25,064 nucleotides of DNA from a virus (Duplodnaviria > Caudoviricetes). Both the position numbers and the translations under genes were made by a program. The stretch spans positions 1 to 25,064 of the IMG/VR virus record IMGVR_UViG_3300032233_001855; one strand, given 5' to 3'. Under the pieces are notes generated by a model. It had not been told where the DNA came from. It searched no databases and saw only the letters and a program-made list of their open reading frames with translations. Of this stretch, positions 9,497 to 18,042 are shown one piece after another; positions within the stretch are counted from its first letter, which is position 1, and every line of letters starts with the position of its first letter.

Positions 9497-10981
9497 ATGC
9501 CGCCACTGACGTTCTCCCTCACCGTCAACGGAACCGAATACCTGCCGACCTATGCTGACCCGAGGACAATCCGTCCCACGGACAGCATCAAGGATCGTAC
9601 GGATACGATGTCCGGCCTGATCATCCGCGTGCCGTACTCGGGGGCATCCCCGGTAGTGGCGGTGCCGTTGTCGGGGCAGGAGATCGTGTTCACGCGCGGA
9701 GGGGTGCGCGAGTTTGCCGGCATCATCCAGCGCGTGCGTGAACGGTTCATCAATCCGAACCTATACGAATACGAGGTTCAGGCGGGGGATTACACCCGGT
9801 ACTTCGACCGGTGGATGCTGACGATGGAGATCGCGCAGTTGCCGGCGAACGAGCAGGTAGCCCTCATTGTCGATCAGGTGAACGCGAGGGAATCCTCGGC
9901 TGGCGGATCGCTTGTATGGAGCAAGGCGGGGATATCCTCGACAACCTCACTTGGATTGGCGTTGCCGACGCTCCCAGTCATGAAACTCGACTACATGTCG
10001 GCTTCACAGGCGATCGACTCGATCGCGAAACTCATTGGGTACCGGTGGGATGTGGACTACGACAAGGTCGTGCAGTTCACGGACGCGGACACGCTGGTAG
10101 CACCGATCGCGACCATTGATTGCGAAACCGATGTCACGGCAACAACTGCCGGGAATCTTGTGCTTGAGGATATTGCGGATCAGGTCGTGAACACCGTCTA
10201 TATCAAGGGCGCGAAGACCAAGGGCACGTTCATCGATGCGTCCGGCAATGTCCAGCCGCAAAGCCATACGGATCCATTTACGCAGAATGCTGACGCAGAC
10301 ACCACATTCTTTGGCCTTGGGTATGAAGTGCCCGATCTGGATTCTATCTTCGTACAAGTCACGCCACCGGGTGGCCCGACAACCATCTACCGTCGAACCC
10401 CAGGAGCTGGCGAACTGCCACTTTCGTTTGAGGGTGAAGGCAACCCCGGAGATGGCAGCACCACTGATACGGTCTACGTATGTCTACCTAACTGGGGCAT
10501 ACGGTTCAATCCTGCTGCGCCAAGTTTCCCCGTTGCAGATTCGAAGATCGAGGCCGTCTACCAACCGTTGACGGCAGCGGACGCGGTCTACACTCGGCAG
10601 GATTACGCATCAATCGCGGACATCAAGGCGCGGGAGAGTTACGGTGCGTTCATTTCCACGGGCATCTACGAGGAAGTCATCGACGCCGGCGATTTGATGA
10701 ACGTCTCGACCGATGCGGTGAACGCGCGTGGGGACCTGATCATGCTTGTGCGCAACCGCAAGTACGGGGCAACGTGCCGCTTCATCGGCTCGACCGGGTG
10801 GAGATCGGGGCAGTACCTGACGATCCTGAGTACCAAGCGGATGGGGGGCGCATTCTACACGCAAACGGACGGCACGCTAGGGCGTAAAATGTGGGTGATG
10901 GAAGTGACAAAGAGCATCCTCAACGCCGAGACGATGGCCTATGATGTGCGCTTGTCGTCCGACGTGTACGGGGAGGTCTGA
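9497..10981 (+). CDS. Tail tip / baseplate hub protein
   Basis: Directly after the tape measure; FAGII, AIDSIAKLIGYRWDVD, VNTVYIKG and GQYLTI resemble hub-fold proteins. Confidence 0.7.
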   Translation: MPPLTFSLTVNGTEYLPTYADPRTIRPTDSIKDRTDTMSGLIIRVPYSGASPVVAVPLSGQEIVFTRGGVREFAGIIQRVRERFINPNLYEYEVQAGDYTRYFDRWMLTMEIAQLPANEQVALIVDQVNARESSAGGSLVWSKAGISSTTSLGLALPTLPVMKLDYMSASQAIDSIAKLIGYRWDVDYDKVVQFTDADTLVAPIATIDCETDVTATTAGNLVLEDIADQVVNTVYIKGAKTKGTFIDASGNVQPQSHTDPFTQNADADTTFFGLGYEVPDLDSIFVQVTPPGGPTTIYRRTPGAGELPLSFEGEGNPGDGSTTDTVYVCLPNWGIRFNPAAPSFPVADSKIEAVYQPLTAADAVYTRQDYASIADIKARESYGAFISTGIYEEVIDAGDLMNVSTDAVNARGDLIMLVRNRKYGATCRFIGSTGWRSGQYLTILSTKRMGGAFYTQTDGTLGRKMWVMEVTKSILNAETMAYDVRLSSDVYGEV

Positions 10982-10984
10982 CCA

Positions 10985-11203
10985 GTGCCCAATGAAGTCG
11001 CACGCATCCTTGCCCGCATCCTTGACGGACAACGCCCGGTAGGAACGAACCAGAACGGCCGGCCACTTCTGACCTATGTTGGGTTCCTGGAAGTCCAGCA
11101 GGTACTCGACAATAACCAGAGCGCGACACTGCGGGTCCCGGCCACTGATCCTTCCACGTTCGGGTCGGCACGGTTCGGTATCGGTACGTTCGGAAAAGCA
11201 TGA
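10985..11203 (+). CDS. Small tail-tip hypothetical protein
   Basis: GGAGG RBS; C-terminal FGSARFGIGTFG repeats. Confidence 0.65.
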   Translation: MPNEVARILARILDGQRPVGTNQNGRPLLTYVGFLEVQQVLDNNQSATLRVPATDPSTFGSARFGIGTFGKA

Positions 11204-11655
11204 TGACGGATGCGCTTGCCCTGACCGGTGCGATCACTGTCACCCTCAAGCATGAGGATGGCCGGGAGGAGGTATCGGTATACCGGAACCTGATTGTGAA
11301 TGCCGGTCGTGCAGCGATCACGAATGGATTGATTGGTTCAACGACAGCGTACCCGAACTACCTCGAATTGGGAACCGGTACCACGGCAGTGGCAGCGACG
11401 GACACCGCACTTGTGACGCCATCCACGGCAACGTGGAAGGGTATTGCTGCCAAGACGTTGTACAGTACGTATATCGCATCGTTTGACACTACCTATGTGA
11501 CGAGTGAGGCGAATGGGACGTTCAGCGAGATCGGCATCTTTGCCGGAGCAAATGCGACTGCGAATACCGGCACGTTGTTTGCGCGGGCATTGATTGCAAT
11601 CACGAAGACAAGCAGCATGACCCTGACCGTCAACTGGCGGATACAGGTCGCCTAG
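11200..11655 (+). CDS. Minor tail / fibre-attachment protein
   Basis: NLIVNAG...LGTGT......DTAL...EANG..SEIGIF..LFAR..ITK pattern of tail-collar-like beta proteins. Confidence 0.7.
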   Translation: MMTDALALTGAITVTLKHEDGREEVSVYRNLIVNAGRAAITNGLIGSTTAYPNYLELGTGTTAVAATDTALVTPSTATWKGIAAKTLYSTYIASFDTTYVTSEANGTFSEIGIFAGANATANTGTLFARALIAITKTSSMTLTVNWRIQVA

Positions 11656-11664
11656 GAGTATCGG

Positions 11665-11997
11665 ATGGTTACCCAGACACTGACCAAGCCTGCTGAAGGC
11701 GAAGTGATCTACGCACTCAAGGCAACGTCCGGGGCGACCTCGACGAAAACCTGGGAAGCACTTGTGGATATCTGCAATGAGCTTGCCGGCCGATCGGGAA
11801 CCATCGCCTTCGAAGCGGGACTCTCCACGACCGGGTCGGTGACTCTCACGCAGATCGCGTCACCAGGCGCAGCGGCAGCGGGCACCATCCGGCTGTACGC
11901 AAAGACGGACGGAAGCGTGGTGAAGATCGACTCGACCGGGTCCGAGTCGTCGCTAGGCGGCGGGTTTGCCCGCACGTTCCTCTTGATGGGAGCCTGA
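11665..11997 (+). CDS. Short tail-fibre-like protein ending FLLMGA
   Basis: AGGAG RBS; PGAAAAGTIRLYAKTDG motif; hydrophobic C-terminal FLLMGA. Confidence 0.6.
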   Translation: MVTQTLTKPAEGEVIYALKATSGATSTKTWEALVDICNELAGRSGTIAFEAGLSTTGSVTLTQIASPGAAAAGTIRLYAKTDGSVVKIDSTGSESSLGGGFARTFLLMGA

Positions 11998-11998
11998 C

Positions 11999-12325
11999 AT
12001 GGCCGAAGTGATCAAGCGTCTCGGCACCACGGTGGCGACGAGCGCAACAAACATCCACGATAACGGCGCGACGGCATCGACGTATACCGTCGTGTCGCGG
12101 ATTGTGATCGCCAACACGTCCGCGACGTCGTACACGTACAACGTCAGCACGTCGGCAGTGACCGGCACGCATGGCGCGTACATCGTGTCTGGTGCCACGA
12201 TTGCAGGCAACGACAGTGTCATGCTCGGCGACGGCGTGTGCCTCGATCCGACCAATCGGTACCTTGTGGCGCATTCCAGCAACGCAGCCGTACACATCAC
12301 CGCGTACGGGTTGACCGGGCCGTGA
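11999..12325 (+). CDS. Small beta-sandwich virion protein
   Basis: GGGAG RBS; [10 protein letters not shown]..., [14 protein letters not shown]. Confidence 0.6.
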   Translation: MAEVIKRLGTTVATSATNIHDNGATASTYTVVSRIVIANTSATSYTYNVSTSAVTGTHGAYIVSGATIAGNDSVMLGDGVCLDPTNRYLVAHSSNAAVHITAYGLTGP

Positions 12326-13335
12326 GTGTAAGCACGGCGAACCATTCGAATATTGGCGGGTACAAGGCGCGGACGTTGGGTGCGTCGGTGCAGACCGGAA
12401 CGCAACCGGGTAGCCTCGACCCATTGGCCGTTACGGGCACGGGCGCATGTGTGGTGGGTACGTACATTGATGCCTCCACCTCTACGCGGTATGCGGTGTA
12501 TCGGTTTATCGCTACCGGCACTGTAGCCGCGCGGAGTGGCACGGTGACTGCTGATTGGTGTGTGCTTGCAGGAGGTGGCGGCGGATCGGCGGCCGGTGGT
12601 GGTGGTGGTGGATACATGGCCGGAACGGGTGTGTCCATTGGCACAACGGCAACCACTATCACGATTGGCGGTGGTGGCGCGTCTGGATCAGCCGGTACTA
12701 CAACAACATGGGACATTACGCTGGTCTCATTTACCGCGACAATATCCACAACTGTACTTAATGTGTCCGCGGTTGCGTCAGGTACGTTTGTAATCGGTCA
12801 ACTAATTGTTGGAAGCGGCGTAGGCGCATTGACACGGATAACATCGTTTGGGACTGGAACCGGCGGAACTGGCACGTACAACTTGTCAGTATCTTCCACG
12901 GTATCAACCGCCACTGCAATGACCGCCCAGTTATCGTTGGTCGGTGGCGGGGCAGGTAGTGCTTCGGGGGGTGGCGCGGGTGGCTCAAGTGGCTCGGGCA
13001 CGGCGGGCCAAGGGTTTAGTGGCGCAAGTGGTCATACCAGTGGGTCGGAATCCTTGGGTGGTGGCGCGGGTGGTGCCGGTGGTGCGGGTGCGCTTGCAGC
13101 ATCTGGCAATGGCGCAACGAACACGCTGACGGGCGTGACAATGTATCTCGGTGGCGGTGGCGGGTGTACTGGCGTCAATGGGTGGAATGGCAACAAAACG
13201 ACGAGTCCCGGCAAAGGTGGAGGCGGTCAGGCAAACAGCACGCTTGGCGACGCAAATACCGGTGGTGGCGGTTATGGATACGGCGGTTCTACAGCAGGCG
13301 GTTCCGGTACGGTCATCATTAGGGTGGCAGTCTAA
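12322..13335 (+). CDS. Glycine-rich fibre/receptor-binding-like protein
   Basis: VLAGGGGG...GGGGGG...ANTGGGG...GGSGTVIIR architecture; GTG 12322 overlaps the previous stop (GTGA). Confidence 0.75.
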   Translation: MSVSTANHSNIGGYKARTLGASVQTGTQPGSLDPLAVTGTGACVVGTYIDASTSTRYAVYRFIATGTVAARSGTVTADWCVLAGGGGGSAAGGGGGGYMAGTGVSIGTTATTITIGGGGASGSAGTTTTWDITLVSFTATISTTVLNVSAVASGTFVIGQLIVGSGVGALTRITSFGTGTGGTGTYNLSVSSTVSTATAMTAQLSLVGGGAGSASGGGAGGSSGSGTAGQGFSGASGHTSGSESLGGGAGGAGGAGALAASGNGATNTLTGVTMYLGGGGGCTGVNGWNGNKTTSPGKGGGGQANSTLGDANTGGGGYGYGGSTAGGSGTVIIRVAV

Positions 13336-13628
13336 TGGCACATTACGCTGAACTCGACGCAACAAACACCGTCATCCGCGTCCTTGTGGTCGCCAACGAT
13401 GTGATAACCACGCCGGATGGCACGGAAGATGAGATGCTCGGCAAGGTGTTCCTAAGCGACCTACTCGGTGGCACGTGGGTGCAGACGTCGTATAACGGGC
13501 GCATCCGCGCACGATACGCCGGTATCGGCTACGCGTACGATGCCGAGCGTGACGAGTTCGTACCGCCAGGGTGGTCCCTGATCGACGGCGTGTGGACGGC
13601 GCCGCCCGACCCGGAACCAATGCCATGA
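13335..13628 (+). CDS. Conserved hypothetical partner of the Gly-rich protein
   Basis: [11 protein letters not shown]..., WVQTSYNG.IR..YAGIGY.YD..RDEF.PP, a pattern I recognise from uncultured phages; TAATG coupling. Confidence 0.7.
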   Translation: MAHYAELDATNTVIRVLVVANDVITTPDGTEDEMLGKVFLSDLLGGTWVQTSYNGRIRARYAGIGYAYDAERDEFVPPGWSLIDGVWTAPPDPEPMP

Positions 13629-13717
13629 TCCGCATCGCCATCGGCGCGATTTTCATGTGGATCGTGATCGCGATGATCGGTCACAGCATTGAGGCGGGGG
13701 GATCTAGTGGGAAGTGA
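13625..13717 (+). CDS. 30-aa hydrophobic / signal-peptide-like ORF
   Basis: ATGA overlap with the previous stop; MIRIAIGAIFMWIVIAMIGHSIEAGGSSGK*; below the ORF track cutoff. Confidence 0.55.
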   Translation: MIRIAIGAIFMWIVIAMIGHSIEAGGSSGK

Positions 13718-14186
13718 ACGGAATGCGTGGGAACCGATCGCCAGGGAGATTGCCCAGCAAGTGGGCATCGATGGTGATGTGTTTTCCTCGCTCATCAACG
13801 TTGAGTCTGGCTTCAATCCCAACGCCCTAGGGAGTGATGGATCGAGTGGGATTGCCCAGATCCAGCCAAGCTTCCACGCAGTCAACGTCTGGGACCCCTA
13901 CGCCAGCCTCTGGTACTCCGCTCGCTTGCTCCGTTCCTACGTTGAAGCATTCGGACGGTATGACTTGGCACTTGCGGCGTACAACGTTGGTTCCCCGACC
14001 ATCGCCAGTCTCGGTCGCCTGCCACTGAACGGCAGGACCGAACTCTTCGTGGCACGCATCCTGTCCGACGCGATCGGGATGCGCACGATTACCACTTGTC
14101 CGACCCCGGTGCTGACACCTGAGGTACCGGAATCGGATACCCTATCAGTATGGCTATCGTTGGCGATGGCACTCGCAGATAGGTGA
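13707..14186 (+). CDS. Lytic transglycosylase (SLT domain)
   Basis: LINVESGFNPNA (catalytic Glu), GIAQI, ALAAYNVG. Start uncertain (GTG 13707, TTG 13689, or fusion to the upstream ORF). Confidence 0.88.
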   Translation: MGSERNAWEPIAREIAQQVGIDGDVFSSLINVESGFNPNALGSDGSSGIAQIQPSFHAVNVWDPYASLWYSARLLRSYVEAFGRYDLALAAYNVGSPTIASLGRLPLNGRTELFVARILSDAIGMRTITTCPTPVLTPEVPESDTLSVWLSLAMALADR

Positions 14187-14195
14187 GGTGAATGC

Positions 14196-14921
14196 GTGTT
14201 TCCGTTAGAGGACGTGCGTGAAAGCGACCCCGAGAATGGCGGCTTCTCGTACCTTGACTTCTCGTCGTTCCAGAATGGCTACCACGAGGGTACGGATTTC
14301 AACTCCGGCGTAGGTCCTGCCGGGGATCTGGGCGCAGACTTGCTGGCGTGCGCGGACATGGTCTTGCGTGCCAATCTCGTCAACGCAACCGGATTTGGCC
14401 GGCATCAATGGTGGGAAGTGATCAAGGGTCCCGGCCATCTGCTGGGCAGCTACGTCCACTACGCACATGCTGACAGTTTCCTGCTTGGCGATGCGGACCT
14501 CGGCACCATTGCCTACCGGGGCGACAAGATCGGCGAATGCGGAGCATCCGGCAGCAAGGGAATGCATCCCCACTTGCACTTCGTGGTGACGCGCGAGAAG
14601 CCTCCTACATGGGGCTGGTATGGCGCACCAGGAATGTCGCGCGACTCGGTCCAGCAAATGACGTGGAACCCTGTTGCTTACTGCGAGGAACTGAACCAGT
14701 GGTATGCCGAGCAAGGAAAGGAACCGGACGTGACAGACGAACAGAAGGCGGTATTGGCAGCAATCGAGGAGACTGGCTATCCGATCACCGAGATTCCCGC
14801 ATTGCTGAAGGCGTGCAAGGAATGGTCGGCGAACGCGGATTCACTCGCGGAGTGGATAAGCAAGATCGGCGCGCTTGAGGCTAGGCTAGCCGAACTGGAA
14901 CCGCCAGTTGCCTCCAACTGA
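14196..14921 (+). CDS. M23-family peptidase endolysin
   Basis: HEGTD (HxxxD), YAH, IGECGASG, PHLHF (HxH), NP; helical C-terminal tail. Confidence 0.88.
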   Translation: MFPLEDVRESDPENGGFSYLDFSSFQNGYHEGTDFNSGVGPAGDLGADLLACADMVLRANLVNATGFGRHQWWEVIKGPGHLLGSYVHYAHADSFLLGDADLGTIAYRGDKIGECGASGSKGMHPHLHFVVTREKPPTWGWYGAPGMSRDSVQQMTWNPVAYCEELNQWYAEQGKEPDVTDEQKAVLAAIEETGYPITEIPALLKACKEWSANADSLAEWISKIGALEARLAELEPPVASN

Positions 14922-15153
14922 CTACCATCCTCCAACTTTCCGTGACATCATTGCTGGCGTGATTGCGGTGATGGTGGTCGGGGCAATCTGCTGGAGCGCC
15001 CTCTACGACGGCTCGCAAGCATCCGGCACGGCGTTGGTGGGCGCGATGGGTAGTGTGGCAGCGTGGTTGTTCCGTGGCTCCACCATGCCTGCGAATAGCA
15101 ACGGGAATGGGGACAAGACCTCCGCGCCTCCACCGCCACCTGCAACACCGTGA
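14908..15153 (+). CDS. Putative holin (two TM helices)
   Basis: Two hydrophobic segments (IIAGVIAVMVVGAICW; ALVGAMGSVAAWLF) next to the endolysin. Confidence 0.6.
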   Translation: MPPTDYHPPTFRDIIAGVIAVMVVGAICWSALYDGSQASGTALVGAMGSVAAWLFRGSTMPANSNGNGDKTSAPPPPPATP

Positions 15154-15437
15154 AGCAATTGCGACCGCTTGCCGAATCCCTCCTGTGGCACTCCTTCCGG
15201 GCAATGCTTGCGATTCCTGGCAGGATGGCACGTCACTGGCGCAAGGCGGTCGCAACGGCAACCCTTGGCCTTGCAATTGCACGCGTCATGATCTGGATTG
15301 CGCGGGCCATTGCAACGACCGGCACGGTAGACCAAGCGGCGCATCTTGTGGGCCTCGAAGACTATGTAGCGCCATTCGAGCAAGCGTTCGATCAAGCGGT
15401 ATTGGTAGTGCTTGGGGCACTCGGCATCGATCTATAG
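15150..15437 (+). CDS. Membrane-associated hypothetical protein of the lysis block
   Basis: GTGA overlap; hydrophobic stretch AVATATLGLAIARVMIWIA and a hydrophobic C-terminus. Confidence 0.55.
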   Translation: MKQLRPLAESLLWHSFRAMLAIPGRMARHWRKAVATATLGLAIARVMIWIARAIATTGTVDQAAHLVGLEDYVAPFEQAFDQAVLVVLGALGIDL

Positions 15438-15512
15438 ACATCCCGCATCATGGATACATGCCGCGCGTTCAGATAGTGCCGGCAGCGTCGGACCCGATGC
15501 CGGTACCACCTG

Positions 15513-15562
15513 CCGCAAGTGCCGCCGTGCCGACCCCTCTCGGAGGCACTTGCGGTTTTTTT
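15513..15562 (+). terminator. Intrinsic terminator at the end of the late operon
   Basis: CCGCAAGTGCC (15513-15523) pairs with GGCACTTGCGG (15545-15555), followed by T7. Confidence 0.85.
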
Positions 15563-15578
15563 ACGAAGGGAACATGAC

Positions 15579-16070
15579 GTGTCAAGCATTAACAAGGCGA
15601 TCATAGTCGGGAGGGTCGGCAGGGACCCCGAGAAGAGGTACACGCCGAACGCGGATGCCATCACTTCCTGGAGCGTCGCCACCAATCGCAAGTGGAAGGA
15701 TGCGGAAGGCGAGCCGAAGGAACACACCGAGTGGCACAACGTCGTAGCGTTCCGCCAGCTTGCTGAGCAGGCACACGAGTTCCTTGTGAAGGGTAGATTG
15801 GTCTACATCGAGGGTCGTCTGGAGACCCGTTCCTGGGACGACAAGGACACCGGCAAGAAGATGTACCGCACCGAGATCATTGCGGACGTGATGCGAATGC
15901 TTGATTCCCGGTCAGAAGCCGAAGGAATGCGTGCATCGACGACTGGGGAGCGCCCAGCTGCGGTCACGGCGACCGGAAATACCGATGGTTACCGAACTGC
16001 GACAAAGCTTCCCAAGCGTGCTGCGCCAGATGCCGATCGTCACTTCGAGATGGACGATTCACCGTTCTGA
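15579..16070 (+). CDS. ssb: Single-stranded DNA-binding protein
   Basis: INKAIIVGRVGRDPE, SVAT, TEWHNVV, KGRLVYIEGRL, acidic tip DDSPF; GTG 15579 follows AAGGGA. Confidence 0.96.
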   Translation: MSSINKAIIVGRVGRDPEKRYTPNADAITSWSVATNRKWKDAEGEPKEHTEWHNVVAFRQLAEQAHEFLVKGRLVYIEGRLETRSWDDKDTGKKMYRTEIIADVMRMLDSRSEAEGMRASTTGERPAAVTATGNTDGYRTATKLPKRAAPDADRHFEMDDSPF

Positions 16071-16104
16071 TTTGCTAGGATATTCTCGGTCTCTCCTGCT
16101 TTCT

Positions 16105-16140
16105 GCCGGCCTGAAGGTGCGAACTTCAGGCCGGTTTTTT
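16105..16140 (+). terminator. Intrinsic terminator after ssb
   Basis: GCCGGCCTGAAG...CTTCAGGCCGGT stem followed by a T-run. Confidence 0.88.
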
Positions 16141-16153
16141 CATGCACAGGGCA

Positions 16154-16186
16154 TAAAAGTGCCGGTCAGGTGCTAGCCTGACCGGC
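16154..16186 (-). terminator. Intrinsic terminator of the leftward arm
   Basis: GCCGGTCAGG-6nt-CCTGACCGGC perfect stem, followed on the minus strand by ACTTTTA. Confidence 0.7.
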
Positions 16187-16212
16187 GAGACCGCCAGAAG
16201 GAGAACTGGTGG

Positions 16213-16632
16213 TCATCCAGTGAGTTTCGCCAATGTCCTCTCAACGACTGCGGTGAAACTCAGGTTATCCGCATGGGCTTCCATGCGCAATGCGTTGACG
16301 ATCGTTGCAGGAAGACGCAGTGAGACGGCAATCATTTCACGCTTTTCACGTGCGCCGTATCGCTCCTTGAGGAAACATGCCTGACATCGCGCAACAGGGG
16401 AACGGTTCTCGCGGACGAGGGTTCCGCACGTCACGCACGGACGCTTCCGCACGTACGTCTTGCGCGTCGAGTTCATCGAGGTAATCAATAAATCCTCGAC
16501 CGTTGGCTTTCCCAATTGAGCGCGTTCGCGACGTGCAATCCGTTCCTGCTGCGAGTGGGATCGGCACAACCCACGATGGATTGCCGTGACAACACTCACC
16601 GGCGTATCACACAGTTTGCAAGTTGCCTGCAT
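16213..16632 (-). CDS. Zn-finger plus ribbon-helix-helix DNA-binding protein
   Basis: CxxC/CxxH pairs (CKLC, CRSH, CVTC, CQAC); C-terminal VSLRLPATIVNALR..A..DNLSF RHH; GGGAGA precedes ATG 16632. Confidence 0.7.
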   Translation of the reverse strand: MQATCKLCDTPVSVVTAIHRGLCRSHSQQERIARRERAQLGKPTVEDLLITSMNSTRKTYVRKRPCVTCGTLVRENRSPVARCQACFLKERYGAREKREMIAVSLRLPATIVNALRMEAHADNLSFTAVVERTLAKLTG

Positions 16633-17413
16633 TACGTTTCTCCCAACAATAGATATCTGCTCCGCATGCGTTGCGTAATCGATCACGCGCTACTCTCAAC
16701 ACTGTACCACTCCCTGCAAAGGGATCAACGACAAGACCCCCTACCGGGCAGAGTTGATCCACGAGACGTGCTACCAATTGCTCCGGCATCAGCGCCGGGT
16801 GATTGCCACCTTGCCGGCGTGCAGGATTGACGGTCCAGACATCGTGCGTGCCGTACTCGGCAAACCCACCATGCTCCGTGCGGGAGAAGTACGATTTGGC
16901 GGAACGTGCAAAGACGTGGACGACCTCGTAGGAAAGGTTCCAACGATCAGTCGCCGTCGTGGGAAGTGGCGAGGTCTTGTGCCAGATTATCGTATTACGG
17001 CACCGCCAGCCTCGGTCGATCATGGCGATCTTGAGACGCTCCGGGACCCCGGCTTGCGTCTTGAGTGGCAACCCGGCAAGCGATCGCATCGGCGCAGACC
17101 CTGCCTTCGCCCGGTTGGAAGCGGAGACCCCGGACTTGTCCGAATGCCGGTACTGTCCAGGTTGGTTGGCGTACGTGTCAGCAATGTTGACCGCGACCCA
17201 TCCGGTAGGCCGAACGCATGACCACGCTTCGTGCAGAATGCCTGCGAGGCGGTTAATGTAATCGAGGACGACGGGTTCCGTGCCAAGTTCGCGCACATCA
17301 TCCCCGTAGGTGCGTTGGCACCAATACGGGGGTGAGGTAAGGACGAGATCGACCGATGCCGGGGCAAGCTCCCGCAGGAACTCGCCGGCATCCTTGTTGG
17401 TGATCATGTCCAA
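16607..17413 (-). CDS. DNA N4-cytosine/N6-adenine methyltransferase, beta class
   Basis: SVDLVLTSPPY catalytic motif precedes VVDPFAGSGT SAM-binding motif; also IIWHK, DVW, HPA..P..L. Confidence 0.93.
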   Translation of the reverse strand: MDMITNKDAGEFLRELAPASVDLVLTSPPYWCQRTYGDDVRELGTEPVVLDYINRLAGILHEAWSCVRPTGWVAVNIADTYANQPGQYRHSDKSGVSASNRAKAGSAPMRSLAGLPLKTQAGVPERLKIAMIDRGWRCRNTIIWHKTSPLPTTATDRWNLSYEVVHVFARSAKSYFSRTEHGGFAEYGTHDVWTVNPARRQGGNHPALMPEQLVARLVDQLCPVGGLVVDPFAGSGTVLRVARDRLRNACGADIYCWEKRNAGNLQTV

Positions 17414-18042
17414 AGTGGCACACGCTTGTAGTCAAGACCCTTCATCCACCCAATCTGTTCCCAAATGCGCCGAGGGTTCATCGCCGCTGCATTTCCATCG
17501 ATTGAATCTGCGCGCAGCAACTCATGACAATGCCGAATACGCTCGGAATTATTTACTCGGCCGACATGTATCCACGTGCGTCGCAATTTCGCTTCCTGAC
17601 AGATTTTCACGACCTCATGTCCCATCTTCCACCGCGTTGTACCTCCGATGAATAGTGCATCTATGGCATCCCACGGAACCGCTTCTGCTGTCAAGCCATC
17701 TTGGCATACGAGTGCGGGACGAGCGCCAATCGATCGCAATCCCGGCAAGACTGGCTCCGTAAGTCTCCATGTGCCGAGATGGTCTCCAACGATGTCCGGC
17801 GCTGCGGTGAAAAGAGGTGGCCGGTTTGCAACCGCCATGAGTTTGGAAACAAACGACAAATACTTTTCAAGATTGAACGGAACCTTGCTGGCGTAGCATC
17901 CATTGTCAATCGCATACGGTCTGATGGTCTGTGAGGTACGGGAAAACTTTGGAGAAAGTGGCGTGCAAAGATGTCCGATCCAATCCGGCATCCCTTGAAA
18001 ATCCATTGTCGCCCCGGTCAGGAAAATCAAGAAAACTTCCAT
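17404..18042 (-). CDS. TGT/DpdA-like 7-deazaguanine transglycosylase
   Basis: TGT-like motifs in order: DNGCY, APDIVG, VCQDG, LFIGG, IHVGRV, DSIDG; adjacent to a VUT transporter. Confidence 0.7.
   Translation of the reverse strand: MEVFLIFLTGATMDFQGMPDWIGHLCTPLSPKFSRTSQTIRPYAIDNGCYASKVPFNLEKYLSFVSKLMAVANRPPLFTAAPDIVGDHLGTWRLTEPVLPGLRSIGARPALVCQDGLTAEAVPWDAIDALFIGGTTRWKMGHEVVKICQEAKLRRTWIHVGRVNNSERIRHCHELLRADSIDGNAAAMNPRRIWEQIGWMKGLDYKRVPLWT

Noticed and set aside
12238-12321. Longer ORF-track N-termini (also 5581, 15519, 18635, 19578, 20544, 21927)
   Set aside because: Downstream starts have better RBS or stop-start overlaps and match where the family domains begin.
4781-12927. Possible DGR template/variable repeat pair
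   Set aside because: The two copies match only at protein level, differences are not adenine-specific, and no reverse transcriptase is in the window.
15462-15509. tRNA-like element ending in ACCA
   Set aside because: No TTC T-loop, D-arm or anticodon arm, and too short; kept only as a leader hairpin.
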